Positions 42,635 through 63,190 are shown, counted from the stretch's first letter. The stretch is DNA of 64,000 nucleotides from the human T2T-CHM13v2.0 reference genome, Homo sapiens (GCF_009914755.1 NC_060927.1), one strand, 5' to 3'. Numbers and translations: made by a program. The notes: generated from the sequence alone by a model not told the origin.

Positions 42635-42730
42635 ATTTACGGTCCGCGCCTGCGCCGTCGAGGGATACTTACGGCCCGCGCCTGCGCCGTCGAGGGATAT
42701 TTACGGTCCATGCCTGTGCCGTCGAGGGAT
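42635..42730. repeat. 32-bp CpG-rich tandem repeat x3
   Basis: TTACGGTCCGCGCCTGCGCCGTCGAGGGATA at 42637, 42669 and 42701 (third copy diverged). Confidence 0.93.
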
Positions 42731-43164
42731 GGGCCCAGGAGCTTGGATCCAGCTTTATGGGATTCCTGCCCTGAGCACCTCCTTCTCTTCAGTCTCTGTG
42801 ACACTTTCTGGCTTTGGGGCCACCCCACCCCACCCTTATTCCCCCACCCTTTCTGGCTCTTTGGCTTGAAGGCCTGGGCTTTAGCTTCCCTGCTTCACCA
42901 CACACTTCCTGAGACTGCAGCTGCCTCTGCGGCCAAACAAAGAGAAGATGGAACGAGAAAAAAAAGCCAATGGGAATTTCCTCCATACTTTTGGAAGCAC
43001 AGATCCTCTGGTCAGAGAGAAGAGTTCTCTGTGCCTGTCCAGCTGTTGTGGTGGGTTTGCTGTAAACTAGGTACCCATTGACTGATGCCAACTATGGGAT
43101 GCCTTGTGGGTCATCCAGAGGGCAGATGTGGGCCTGAAACTGAAAACTGTGATCACAGCCTGTA

Positions 43165-43295
43165 ACCCCTTGTCACCTGCTGGAATGTAAGCTCCAGTGA
43201 GGACAGGCCTTCATTGCTTTGTTCATCGATGTATCTCCAAGTGCCTAAAACAGCGCCTGGCACATGGTAGGCACTCAGTAGGTATTTGCTGAGCT
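43165..43295 (+). mobile_element. L2 3'-end fragment
   Basis: GAATGTAAGCTCC...GCCTGGCACATGGTAGGCACTCAGTAGGTATTTGCTGA, typical of an L2 terminus. Confidence 0.7.
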
Positions 43296-43405
43296 TGGTG
43301 AACTATCATTTCTGGTAATAGGAGCCTCTGCCATTTACCCTGTACAGAGGCTGTAAACCTACGAAACTCAGTGTTCCCTTTCTAGGACAAATATTTTGCA
43401 ACACC

Positions 43406-43598
43406 TTTACTTTACTGAAATGAAATTCCAAAGGTAATATAATCTGTCCACATACCGTGTTTAAACATCAGCCTACTGTCAGTCACAGATTCGGGGTTTG
43501 CCTTACTATACTGAAATTAAATTCCAAAGGTAATGTAATCTGTCCACATACCATGTTTAAACATCAGCGTACTGTTGATCGCAGATTTGGGGTTTGCC
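43406..43598. repeat. 96-bp tandem duplication
   Basis: CTGAAAT.AAATTCCAAAGGTAAT.TAATCTGTCCACATACC.TGTTTAAACATCAGC at 43415 and 43511. Confidence 0.9.
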
Positions 43599-43866
43599 AC
43601 CCACACCAGTCATCCAGGACCAAGACCCTTCCTCCAGCTGCAGGAGTGTCGGCTGCTCACAGCTCACAGCTGAGGCCCAAGAGAGCCACATTTTTGTCCC
43701 TGGGGGGAGGGGAAGCACACATCCAGTGACCGGTCGAGTCTCCACTCCGGCATCAATTTGGGACATCTCTGAAGGCCACCCCAGGCCTAAGCCCTGAGGG
43801 ACCAGCTGCATCCTCTGCTATGACTATATCACAGCTCCACTTCTCCCTCTGCCCGATCCTGTATTA

Positions 43867-44310
<444 letters not shown>

Positions 44311-45174
44311 CTACACTAGGACCTCATAGCATGAGTTTCTCAGGTCCCCCCTCAGACCAACTGGACAGGAGACTGCACTTTGACAAGTTCCGCAGGCATT
44401 TGTGTGCACTGGCGCGTGAGAAGCGTTTCTCTAAGATGTTACAAGGGTCAGATGCTTGTGCCTAAGTGACTGTGTGACACACGAGGGCGGACGCACGAGT
44501 CACGGCCACTCAGATACCACACGCGGCAGGTGCCGCCAGTGATAAGATTTCCACGTCGGTGAACAACTGTTGGTAAAGTGCCGAACAAAACACGTTATGA
44601 AACTTTCTCAACTTACACAGTAGTTGCATTCCCGGAAAATTCAGTTTGTCTTAAAATTGTTCGCAAGACTATTTTGTCACGTAGGATCCGTGACATTTCC
44701 TCATGGCGCATCACTGCCCCACGCATTGCAGGAGGCCGGGCCCTTCGCGCCGGTAGCCCTTGGCTCGGTGACAACTGAAAACACCCCCAGAGCTTCCCAC
44801 ACTGTCCACTAGGGGACATCACTGTCCTCGTTGAAACACTCCCAGAACTTCCCACACTGTCCACTAGGGGTCATCACTGTCCTCGCTGAGAACGACTGGT
44901 CCACCAGAGAGAACCCTGTGCTTGGAACTTGACATGGTATTACACGAATCCTCCTGACAAGCATAAGAAGTCTTATATTCTCTCTCTTTAGCTAAGAAAA
45001 CCAAGTTCAGAGAAGTTCAGCAGTTTGTCCAGGGTCACACAGCTAGTAAGCAGGTAGCAAGCAAGATCTGGACCCAGGTCTTCCTGTCACCAAAGCCCAT
45101 GTTTGCCACAACGTGTGCTTTCCAGGTGTTTGTAGGTGATCAAGAGTTGCACGGTCCCTAGGCCGTGGCCAGGT

Positions 45175-45803
45175 TTATTTATTTATTTATTTATTTTTAT
45201 TTTTATTTATTTATATTTTCTAGATGGAATCTCGCACTATTGCTCGGACTGGAGTGCAATGGTGCAATCTCAGCTCACTGCAACCTCTGTCTCCCGCGGT
45301 TCAAGTGATTCTCCTGCCTCAGCCTCCTGAGTAGCTAGGATTACAGGCGCCTGCCACCACACCCGGCTAATTTTTTGCATTTTTTAATAGAGTAGTTTCA
45401 CTATGTTGGCCAGGCTGGTCTCGAACTCCTGACCTCGTGATCCGCCCATTTCGGCCTCCCAAAGTGCTGGGATTACAGGTATGTGCCACCGTGGCTGGCC
45501 TATTTTTTATTTTTATTTTTGAGACGGAGTCTTGCTTTGTTGCCCAGGCTGAGTGAAATGGCACGATCTCAGCTCCACTGCAACCTGCGCCTCCCAAGTT
45601 CAAGTGATTCTCCTGCCTCAGCCTCCCCAGTAGCTGGGATTACAGGTGCCTGCCACCACACCTGGCTACTTTTCGTATTTTTAGTAGAGACGGGGGTTTT
45701 GCCATGTTGGCCAGGCGGGTCTCGAACTCCTGACCTCAGGTGATCCACCTGCCTCAGCCTCCCAAAGTGCTAGGATTACAGGCGTGAGCCACCGAGCCAG
45801 GCG
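45175..45803 (-). mobile_element. Two tandem antisense AluS
   Basis: Two consecutive reverse Alu consensus units. Confidence 0.9.
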
Positions 45804-45884
45804 GTGGCCCATAAGTTTTAAAAAGCTCTCCACGGAGTTGTCATGAGCACCCAGGACTGAGAGCCCCTGAGCTTCACTTGGAAT

Positions 45885-46150
45885 TAACGTGAGCTTGAGC
45901 GAGGCTTTGCAGCACGCCGGGCTTGGCAGGTGCAGGCGGAGCGGACCGAGGCGCGGAGGCCGGGGCTGCGCTGGGAGGGGAGCGCGTCCTCCGCGGGCCG
46001 GGGTGGGGCCTCCCTGTCTGCGCGCGCCCCCTGCCGGCGGCACTCGGCCCTGCGGCTTCAGCGCGTCGGTCCCGGCTGGAGCTGAGCGTGGCTGGAGAAC
46101 AAATCCACAGCCAAGTGTGCGTCCGGCTCCTCCGGGAAGCAGTCGTGAGA
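45885..46150. promoter_or_regulatory. Intergenic CpG island with GC boxes and CTCF-like motif
   Basis: Dense CpG outside repeats; GCGCCCCCTGCCGGC at ~46024-46038. Confidence 0.7.
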
Positions 46151-46688
46151 TGGGGATTAAACTCCCCAGGGTTCTATTAGGGGAGGTGACTGTGTGAGAC
46201 AAAATAAGGAGGCAGCCAGAGGAGCTGGGAGAGCCTTCAGACGGCCATGCAAGTCTGCACCTGCGTGAAGGAACGAGGGAGGGAGCGCCCCAGACCCGCC
46301 GTGTGCCTTCCTACCCCTGCCCTCCCACCCCTGCCGCAGCCAGCCGCTGCCTGGGGCTGCCCCGGGAGGCCCGGCCTCAGCGCACACCACGCTCAGGTGT
46401 GCAGCCTTCCAAGGGCTGCAGCTGGGCCTGGGAGTGATGGGAGGTCCCTTCCTCTTCGTGGCCACCTCACCAGTGTCATGGCTAGGAACGTGGGCTTTCG
46501 TCAAGACCGCCTGGGCATACCCCACTCCCGCCTGGGTGTAGGATCGCGAACAACTTTCTCACCCTTCTCGAGCCTTGGTTTTCTCTTCCGTATCATAGAC
46601 ATCAAAAGAATTTGCCACAAAGAGTGGTCACAATGCTAAGTGCTTGGCATGCGGTAGAGACTCGATCATCCTTAGCTGTTGTTATTCG

Positions 46689-47573
<885 letters not shown>

Positions 47574-49664
47574 CTATTCCCATGTTATCTGAAAGAGTGT
47601 AAAGATACAGTCTATTCCAGAAGGAAATCTTTCTTGTAAATCCATCAAATATTTACATGTTCAGAGCCGCCTTCGCCCAGGATGGGGACACTGGGGATTC
47701 TTTCTGCTCTACCCTAGCTTTTCCCTCCCTCCTCCACATCCAGGGGGTCCTGGAGGCCCTTCTATCCACCCAGGACCTTGGCTCCGTCCAATCTTCCTCT
47801 TCCTGGAGCAGACGAGAAGACTTTAGGAGCCATGGAGGAGGGGAGAGGGTGAAAGAAAATGGCCCTCGGAAAGGCACAGCCACAAAACCAGCGCACCTTT
47901 CTTTTGCCATCATTGGTGGCCTCACGACTCTGGTGCACTGTTATGCTGAGAGCATCTCTATTTCCCCTCCATTTTCATAAAGATACCCCCACCCCCAGGA
48001 AGGGTGTGGGGGCCAACTCGGTGGCCTGTAGCGTTGTCCATGGATGAGCAGGAGAAGCACTGGGGAGGGTGTGGCCTGGTCCGGCTTGGAGGTGGGGGAG
48101 GCGCTGTGCAGGGCTGCTCCTGGGAGTCTGCAGAGGTGGGCACAGGGTGAACCGAAGGTGTGGTGTCCGGGGCGGGGGTGATCAGGGAGGAAGCCCCTCC
48201 TTGGTCCCAGGGAGCAAGACCCAGGCCTGAACCGAGGCACCAAGCAGGAAGTGCCAGGGTTTGTGACAGGCTGGAAAGGAGGGAAGGGGGCAGCGCAGGC
48301 CAGCCCAGGACAGCCGGGACTGCCCTCCTCCGGGCGTGTGGACAGATCAGGCATGTCACCGGTGGGGCCCCGCCCCTAGCGCCAGCCCCAGCTAGACCCA
48401 TCACCGGCCTGTGCCTTCTTTTCTCCCCAGGACAGGCTTGGCCGTGGTCATTCCAGAGGGGCCCAGAGGCGGTGAGACTCTGGGGCAAGTCCTTGCTCTG
48501 CAGCCTTGTCCTCCTGGTGACCCCATTATCTCTGCTGACCCATGTTCCGCAAGCCGAGTGACTAATGCACAAAACCTCCCTGGGGAGAGCAGAGACCAGG
48601 CCACACTCCGAAATGGAAACGGAGCCCAAAGGGGTGTGGCTGATAACCTGGGCAACCTCTTTCTCTGCCCATAGGTGCCAAGAGAGGAGCGAGGCCCAGG
48701 GCGGGGGAGGAAGAGGGCAAGGGTCAGAAGTGGGCAGGCAGAGGGAGTGGACACCAGACAGCTGGGGAAAGATTTCCCACTAGACAGGAAGCTCCATGAG
48801 GGCAGAGACCAGGTTTATCTCCTGTACCCACAGCCTGGCAAGTAACAGGTACACGGTAAGTACTCATGAGCCACCGCACCCGGCCCCCTTGTCTGATCTT
48901 GGTGATCTTGGTGGGGAAAATTATATACTTGCCCAGTGGGAAGATGTTTTGATCTAAAACTGCTTAATGATTTTTGTGCCACTCTCTGTCATTCGGTTCT
49001 GCCGTTTAGTTGCAGCCTAGCCTGGGAGGTCTCGTCCCACAGCCTCACTGGGGAGGCAGAGTCACCCACTGGCTATTTTTCCAGCCTCAGCAGACATCTC
49101 TATAACTGCTGTCACACTTTTGCTAATTTTACTGAAAGATGCGACAAAATCCCTGCAAACAAGTTGTGATGTGAGCTGCCTTCAGCTTCTGATACGATTC
49201 CTCCTTCGAAAACATGCACCAGCCCCCCGCATGGGACTTTGCTGGTCACTTCATATTCCACTGGAGGCCACCGCCAAGGTTTGCAGGAAGCCCGTGGGTC
49301 TTGAAGAGCTAAACTGAAAGGTTAGCCAACTCCAGAGACTGACCTCCTCGGAAGAGTCTGATCACTTTTCTCGTTTCCTGAGGAGTGGTTAGTAACATAG
49401 GCAAAGCCAGAATTTCCCATAGCTGCCTAGGGAAAGAAAGACAATTTTTGTCCTAGTTACATTTGCCAAAGCAAAACAAAATAACAAAGCATAACTCTTC
49501 TCCACTGTTCACAGCTTCCATAATCGATCTGCACGGCCAGACCTCCTGGGTCCCCTACCCTGGGCCCTGCTCCCTCACAGGCCAGGGTGTCTGTAGGAGG
49601 GCCTCCATTCTAGGTTGAGATCCAGTGCTCTCCTCTGGTCCAGGATTACTGCTATTTCCATTTA

Positions 49665-51895
<2,231 letters not shown>

Positions 51896-51897
51896 AC

Positions 51898-55463
<3,566 letters not shown>

Positions 55464-55471
55464 TAATATAT

Positions 55472-55700
55472 GTAATTTAATTATAAATTAAATATAAATT
55501 TAATTATAAATTAAGTGTATATATAAATATATACATTTAATTATAAATTAAATATATAAAAATATATACATTTAATTATAAATTAAATATATAAAAATAT
55601 ATACATTTAATTATAAATTAAATATATAAAAATATATACATTTAATTATAAATTAAATATATAAAAATATATACATTTAATTATAAATTAAATATAATTA
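55472..55700. repeat. 35-bp AT-only quasi-palindromic VNTR, ~6 copies
   Basis: CATTTAATTATAAATTAAATATATAAAAATATATA. Confidence 0.95.
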
Positions 55701-57126
55701 ATATATGTGATTTTCTAATGTCAGATTTTAAAAAACATTTGTATATTGCTTTTTTTTAAAGTAAGAATGGGAAGAATGGAGAAAGCGCGTGCATGTGTCT
55801 CCCAGCTGCAGGTATTTTGGACATTTCCACCCCTGCCTCATGCCGGCAGTCCTGCACTCAGCCTCAGTCCTGCAATCCTGCATACAGTGTGTGGGCTCTG
55901 GGCCCCAGCTCCTCCCCAGGAGGAGGGGAGCAGACAGGGGAAGCAGCTCCTGACAGGGAGGGCAGATGAGGGCAGGGGAGAGGACAGTGTGTCCTGGCCC
56001 TTTCGTCCACCACTGGGCTCCTCCTCCACCTATTCCGGTCCTACCAGCCTTCAATATCCACTCGCATCTGAAGATCTGATTGATTGGCCAGCGTCACTCC
56101 TGCTCATGCCCTCCAGATGGGAACCCGACAAGGCAGGGAGCCAGGGTCAGGCCCAGAAACCTTCCTGGAACTTCAGCGTCCAGCCAACCAACTGCAGTGA
56201 TGAACTAACAGTCCACCCAGGGCTGGCCGGGGCCGCTTGGAGGACCAGATCTCTCCCGCTGAAGGGCGAGGGGAGGAGGGAGACAGCTGGATGTTTGCTT
56301 CATCTCCGTCTGCCAGAGACCCCTTTCCTTTCTTGGCCTGCCTAATTTCTACCATCTTGAAAAACTCCGCGGAGGGGCCACCTGCTGCGTGACGCCTTCC
56401 TCAATACCTGCCTCCCTCCAGGGCCGGCTCCCGCTGGGGACACCGGCACGACAGAGACAGGCTGCAGCTTAGCAAACATGAGCTGATGGAAAAGAAAATT
56501 ACTTGTTTGTGACTTCCTTGGTCTCACTTCTCCCTGAGCCCCAAATCCTCTGCACCACCCATGCTGTCTTTCAAAGAACAGCTCCTCTTTTTCTGCATCT
56601 GTTGAAATCAAGAAACAGAAATAAAGAACAGCTTCCTCGGCCCACTTAGGGAGCATGGGGAGGGGAGCAGTGTGCTGCTGCGTGAAATACTCGTTTGTTG
56701 TTTGAAGCCACTCAGTTTTGGAGTCATTTGTTAGGCAGCAGCAGATGACTGACAGACCCTCCTCCTTTCATGGGTGTTCTCTCAATACATCTTTTCATTC
56801 ACTTCTAATCCTGTCATGCCTTCAGCTTTTCAGACTGAAAAAACACAGGTGTAAACATAATAGTCAAAACAACCAGCTCTTACTGAACACCCACCTGTGG
56901 GACACACCTTCTAATCACGTACCGTTTGAGTTAATCCTGCAGCCACCCTGTGAGAGACTCCTGTGGTTCCCATTTTACAGACGGGGAAACACACACAGAT
57001 GTTAACTCATTTGAATGTGGAGAGAGAAGTTAGAACGGCAGAAACAGCTGTGGTCACTGCAGGGGTTCTTGTTTCGGCTCTGCCGTGTGGCTCTGGACAA
57101 GCCATTTCACGCCTCCAGACCTCAGT

Positions 57127-57451
57127 TTATTTTTATTTATTTATTATTTTTATTTTTACTTATTATTTTTTGAGACAGAGTCTTACTCTGTCACCCAGGC
57201 TGGAGGGCAGTGGTGATCTCGTCTCACTGCAACCTCCGTCTCCTGGATTCAAGTGATTCTCTTGCCTCAGCCTCCCGAGTAGCTGGGATTACAGGCATGC
57301 GCCACCACACCCAGCTAATTTTTGTATTTTTAGTAGAGACGAGGTTTCACCATGTTGGCCAGGCTGGTCTCAAACTCCTGACCTCAGGCGGTCTGCCCGC
57401 TTCAGCCTCCCAAAGTGCTGGGATTACAGGTGTGAGCCACTGTGCCTGGCC
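57127..57451 (-). mobile_element. AluS
   Basis: Antisense Alu consensus. Confidence 0.9.
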
Positions 57452-57761
57452 CAGACCTGAGTTTCTTCATGTTTCTAAAGCAGTATACATAACTACACAC
57501 TACATCACTGGACCCTGAGGTCCCTTTTATGATGGTAACAAGGATAACAATAAGGTATCACTAGGATTCCGAGAGTTAGACTCGTAAAACCAACATAGAC
57601 CAATGGACCAGATCACACACAGATCCATATGTACGTGTGTGTGTGTGTGTGTGTGTATACAAACATGCAACACAAATGCCAACTGGAGTCATTCTTTCCA
57701 TGGGGCCTAGACATAAGAATGGATCAAGCCCGTTCCGCCTCCCTCGTCAAGTACAAGGTTC

Positions 57762-57949
57762 TCCCAAGACCCCAAGAATCCTTCGGTGGGGGTGACGCTC
57801 TCGTGCCACCTCCGGCTCCCAAGTCCCGAGACCCCGAGAATCTTTTGATGCGGGTGACGCTCTCGTGCCGCCTCCGGCTCCCAAGTCCCGAGACCCCGAG
57901 AATCCTTTGGTGCGGGTGACGCTCTCGTGCCGCCTCCGGCTCCCATGTC
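57762..57949. repeat. 62-bp CpG-rich tandem repeat x3
   Basis: GTGACGCTCTCGTGCC.CCTCCGGCTCCCA at 57792, 57854 and 57916. Confidence 0.93.
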
Positions 57950-59858
57950 CTGCCTGTGGCTTCTTGGGCTGCACATCCCACAAGGCATTTCTGCTTCGTC
58001 CTCTGTCCCTGCGTCAATCCCAGTGTGAGATGTGGCGTTTCTGTTTGATTTCTGCCCCCATGCCCCATCTCCGTGAGGCACCCGCCTGCTGGAGAGCTCT
58101 GACTGTGATCTCCAGGCCACTGGCCATGCTGCATGGCCAGCTGCTGCCTGTCGCCAAGAGGCAGGCAGTCTCTCCCCCAACCCGCAACCCTGCTGCCCCC
58201 CAACGGAGCCTCCCCCTCCTGCTACTGCATGGATTACCGGATAAAATACAGGATCTTCAGCCACATTGAATTTCACATAAATGACAAATCTTCTTTAGTA
58301 TAAGGGTTCCCAAATCTTGTATGTGATTATAATACTTAAAAAAATCATCTACTGTTTATATGAAAGTAACATTTAACTGGATATTCTCTATTTTTATTTG
58401 CTAGATCTGGCTTTGTCTTCCTTTCCAAGGCTCTCCTCACCCCTCCCTCCCAGATCATCCCTGACCCTGCAGATCTTGGCCACTCTATAAACTGGAGCAA
58501 TTCTGGTTTCCCCACACCTCACCCCAAAACTCAGCCCAGGTCCATGCCTCTGTGTCTAAATCCCTTGAGGACATCTGCTCCTTTATTAGTTCAGGGCACC
58601 CACAGTTTATGTTTTTGTGTTTAATCCCTGTAACCTGTTCCTTTTGTCCCTGTGTTGCTGGTGTGGTATTTCTGTTGCACAGAAAGGCCTCCCCGGCTGA
58701 CATCAGGGTGGAGCAGGCCCTCAGTGCCTAGGCAGCATCAGTGACATGGATCGAGAAAGGATGTACCTGAAAAGCCGGTCAAAGGAGAACAAGAAGGGGG
58801 CATCCTGGGAGGCTGCTCCCAGGAAAAAGCCTGGTGGGAGGGCAGGGGCCTTGGACACGGGGACCCAGCTCCCCACCTCCCCACCTCAGAGAGGCCTGGG
58901 AAATCATTCCTGGCAGTAGCCTGGCCTTGCCCGTCGGACAGTATTAGGGAGGGTGAGGGAAAACACTTCGTGGTCAGGTCAGTTTGGAAAACTTCCTGTA
59001 AGGTGGTGTTTGTTTCAGAGCTTTGATGAGGCCGATGCACAGTGCGAATTTCCAGAAGCGGGTGAGCGCAGCCTTCTGCAAGCTTCATTATCCACGGTGT
59101 CTTTTTTTTTTTTCTTTTTTTGGAAAGCTGTTCATGCAAGAATGCTCTGTTTTGGGAAATGCAGTCTCACACCCTCCTCTCCCCTAATCCTGTTTCTAGG
59201 CTCGTCAAGCTTTCCAATTTGAGTCTTCAGCTATCCAGAAGCTGTGAAGGGGCAGCCCCGTCACCAGACACAATCCTTGCAAAGGGACAGCCTCCATCAG
59301 CCTCCATGGAAGACTGACAGACCCACACAGGGGAGAATAAATCAACCTGCAAATGAAGCATTCAGCCAGCTTGGGAGTTCTGCTTTCCATTTTAAATTAA
59401 TACACCGGCCTTCTGGTTTGTACATCGGTTGTCCTCCCGTGGGTCTGGCTGGTAGGCATTGGTTTCTGAGGGGCTGGCTGTGTCTGGGGCAAGGTGGAGA
59501 CCTCAATCCTGGGCTGCCGGGATGGGCCAAAGTGACCTTCGATGGAGCATCTCCCAACCCTAGAATTACAGGGATTTATGAAATGTGGACCTTTCCTGAA
59601 TGTTAAATTTGCTGAGGGCCAAAGGGGTCAACCATCTCAGCAATGGGCAGGGGCCAGAGGTGCACGAGGGAGGAGAGAAGTGAGGAGAAGAAGAGCGATG
59701 GATCGGGGTACAGGCGATCAGGCACGGGCAGGCAGGACAGGGGCCTGATGCGGGAGGGCGGTGGTGGGGACGGTGTAGGGAACAGGAGGTGGGAGGAAGC
59801 AGGCTGCCATGCAAGCTCACCCCAGGAGAACCAACCGGGAGGAGGGGGTTCCCTGTCC

Positions 59859-59972
59859 GGGAGGGCTGAGAGATGGCCGAGGCTCTGCTGCAGCCCTGGT
59901 GGAGGCCATCCCTGGGAGGGCTGAGAGATGGCCGAGGCTCTGCTGCAGCCCTGGTGGAGGCCATCCCTGGGA
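59859..59972. repeat. 55-bp perfect tandem duplication
   Basis: GGGAGGGCTGAGAGATGGCCGAGGCTCTGCTGCAGCCCTGGTGGAGGCCATCCCT twice. Confidence 0.93.
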
Positions 59973-61398
59973 GAGCCTCCGTCTGAGCTCTGGCTCTTGG
60001 GGAGGAAGGGCCAGCTGCCAGTGAGGGCCCTGCTGGGCTTCTGGGTGGCGGCAGGAAAGCTCTGGGAACCCGGGACTCAGAGCCTCCTGGGCCTTATCTT
60101 CCTGTTTGGACGTTACTTTCAATGGCCACTGCTCTGGTCCTGCTGGCCCGTCCTGGGTGTGAAAGGAGAAAGAGGCTCCTTGTGGGCCTGTGGAGAAGGG
60201 TGAGACCCCTTTCTAGAGGACCTCCTCGGCCTCCACTTCTGCCAGGACATCCATGACGGCCGATTCCATTTCCCCTGCCTGGCGCACCTGAGCTCACGGC
60301 TGCCCATTCTTCTGCTAGTGGACGGAGCTGGGACAGGCCTGCCACTCCCTGCACCCCCCTAACCCCCACACGTCCTGGCCCTGTCCCTGGATGCCGTCAG
60401 GGCCTGTTCCCCACTCAGTTCTCAGAGCAACCCGGAATGAAACTGTATTTGAAACATCCCCTTACTTCCTTGTTCCTCTTGGCACCCGATCACCTCGGTC
60501 CCAGCCCCAAAACTCTCATTGTGCCAGCATCCTCTGGAATCAGAGACCCACCCATGCGGAATCAGAGACCCACCCAGGCAGACTCAGAGTCCGACAGTGT
60601 CAGAGCTGAACTGGGTAGTGACCAACTAGCTCAACCTCATTTCACAGACGAGGAAACTGAGTCGCAGGGTGGGGAGGAGCCAGCAAAGGCGGCACGGCAG
60701 TGAGACCATCCCCATTTGGGGACCTCCGTGACCTCCCCGAACTGAACAGCACCCATGACAGAGGGCTCCTCTATCCAAATCCAAAGGCCAAGTCCTCCAG
60801 TCTCCAAGTGGTCGACGACAGCAGGGGCCATGCTGCCCCATGACCTCTGTGTGTGCCAGGACCACCCAGCCTCCTTGGCTGCCCAGTGGCGAGTCCAGCT
60901 CAACCTCCTCCCGGGGCCCCAGCACCCCCGGCACATTTTCTGACTTTACATAGGTCATCGGGTAAATGGTGTCACCTGCATGAGCCTCAGTGTATCCATC
61001 TGGGAAAGGGGAAGAACCTCCCAGCAGGCTCTTCTCACAGTGGTATTGCAAAGCGAAAATGAGATTCGGATGCAGACACACGTGGGGAGGGAGCCTGTGA
61101 GGCCTCTGCTAAGGCGAAAACCCATAACACACACGACTGGCTCTGCTCAGGCCATCGGCTCTGGGGCCGCCTCGTCCCATGTGGGCTCTGGCTTTGCTGA
61201 CACCGTTCCCTCATCTGGAGGCTCTTCCTCTGACCCTCAGTGGACCCACTTGACAGATGGTCTGATGTGCCTTCTTCCTTTAAGGAAGACATGGTGTCCT
61301 TCTGGTTTTGGAATCAGACCGAGCTGGGTTCAAATCCTGTCTGCTGAATGGTTTTGGTCGCAATGGCTTCTGCTTTCTTAGAAAAAGTCCCAGATTCA

Positions 61399-61695
61399 GC
61401 CGGGTGAGGTGGCTCACACCTGTAATCCCAGCACTTTGGGAGGTCGAGGCAGGTGGATCATGAGGTCAGGAGTTCAAGACCAGCCTGGCCAACATGGCGA
61501 AACCCTGTCTCTACTAAAAACACAAAAAATTAGCTGGGTGTGGTGGCATGTGCCTGTAATCCCAGCTATTCGGAAGGCTGAGACAGAGAATTGCTTGAAC
61601 CCAGGAGGTGGAGGCTGCAGTGAGCTGAGATCGCACCACTGCATTCCAGCCTAGGCCACAGAGCAAGACTCCGTCTCAAAAAAAAAAAAAAAAAA
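61399..61695 (+). mobile_element. AluS with AAAGTCCCAGAT target-site duplication
   Basis: Sense Alu with poly(A). Confidence 0.9.
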
Positions 61696-61913
61696 GGGAA
61701 AGTCCCAGATCCTTCAGATGGCCAATAACACCCTTGAAATGTCGTCATCCGGCCATTTGCCTCGGCACCACTTGGGGAAACAGGTCCCAGGGAAGACTCA
61801 CAGACTGAGGCTCCAGGGAGGGCATGGCCGGCCCCAGAGCCTGCACTGAAATCAGCTTCCTCAGGACATTCTGATGCTCACAGAGCTCGGAAACCCAAAG
61901 AACCTGCCTCCTG

Positions 61914-62356
61914 CCCCGCTGTGTAAGCCCACCTCACTCATCCCGCTCCCTCTGCCCCAATCCCTTGCTGTGTAAGCCCAGCTCACTCATCCCACTCCTG
62001 CTGCCCCAATCCCCCCGTGTAAGCCCAGCTCACTCATCCCACTCCCTCTGCCCAATCCCCCGCTGTGTAAGCCCAGCTCAGTCATCCCACTCCCTCTGCC
62101 CCAATCCCCCCCGTGTAAGCCCACGACACTCATCCCGCTCCCTCTGCTCCAATCTCCCCCTGTGTAAGCCCACCTCACTCATCCTGCTCCCTCTGCTCCA
62201 ATCCCCCTCTGTGTAAGCCCAGCTCACTCATCCCACTCCCTCTGCCCCAATCCCCCGCTGTGTAAGCCCAGCTCAGTCATCCCGCTCCCTCTGCCCTAAT
62301 CCCCCGCTGTGTAAGCCCACCTCACTCATCCCGCTCCCTCTGCTCCAATCCCCCTG
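61914..62356. repeat. ~49-bp C-rich VNTR, ~9 copies
   Basis: TGTGTAAGCCCA(G/C)CTCACTCATCCC(A/G)CTCCCTCTGCCCCAATCCCCCGC. Confidence 0.95.
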
Positions 62357-62786
62357 GACTTCTTTCAGATCCTAGGATGGGCAAAGTGTCTCTCTACCTC
62401 AGGGCCTTAGCACAGGCCATCCTCGGCCCACAGCAGTGGTGCCAGCCTCTGCCTGGCTAACCTCACCCTCCTCCACTGGCCCCTGGTCAGGCATCCCTCT
62501 GCCAGCCTCTCACTGCCAGCTAAAGTCGGTACCCTGCTGTATGTCCCTAGAGTGTCTCTGCTTTCCCTTCATAATGCTTATGGCAGTTATAATTATTTGC
62601 TGGCCTTTGTGTTTATTATCTGCTTCCAGACCAGGCTGATGAGAGCAGAGACACCAGCCTTCCTCCCCACTGCCTTTATCTCTGCTTCTAGCTTCACCCC
62701 TGGCACAGATAGGCACTTAATAGACATTGTTTCAACAAAAAATGAACCTTTCAGTTTAATTTTCTCATTTGTAAAACAGGATGTTA

Positions 62787-63113
<327 letters not shown>

Positions 63114-63190
63114 TCAATGAGTAGAGATTACTTGTATATATATTTACCTGCTGTAATTTTTTAAAAATTATTTTTAATTGACAGAGATGA

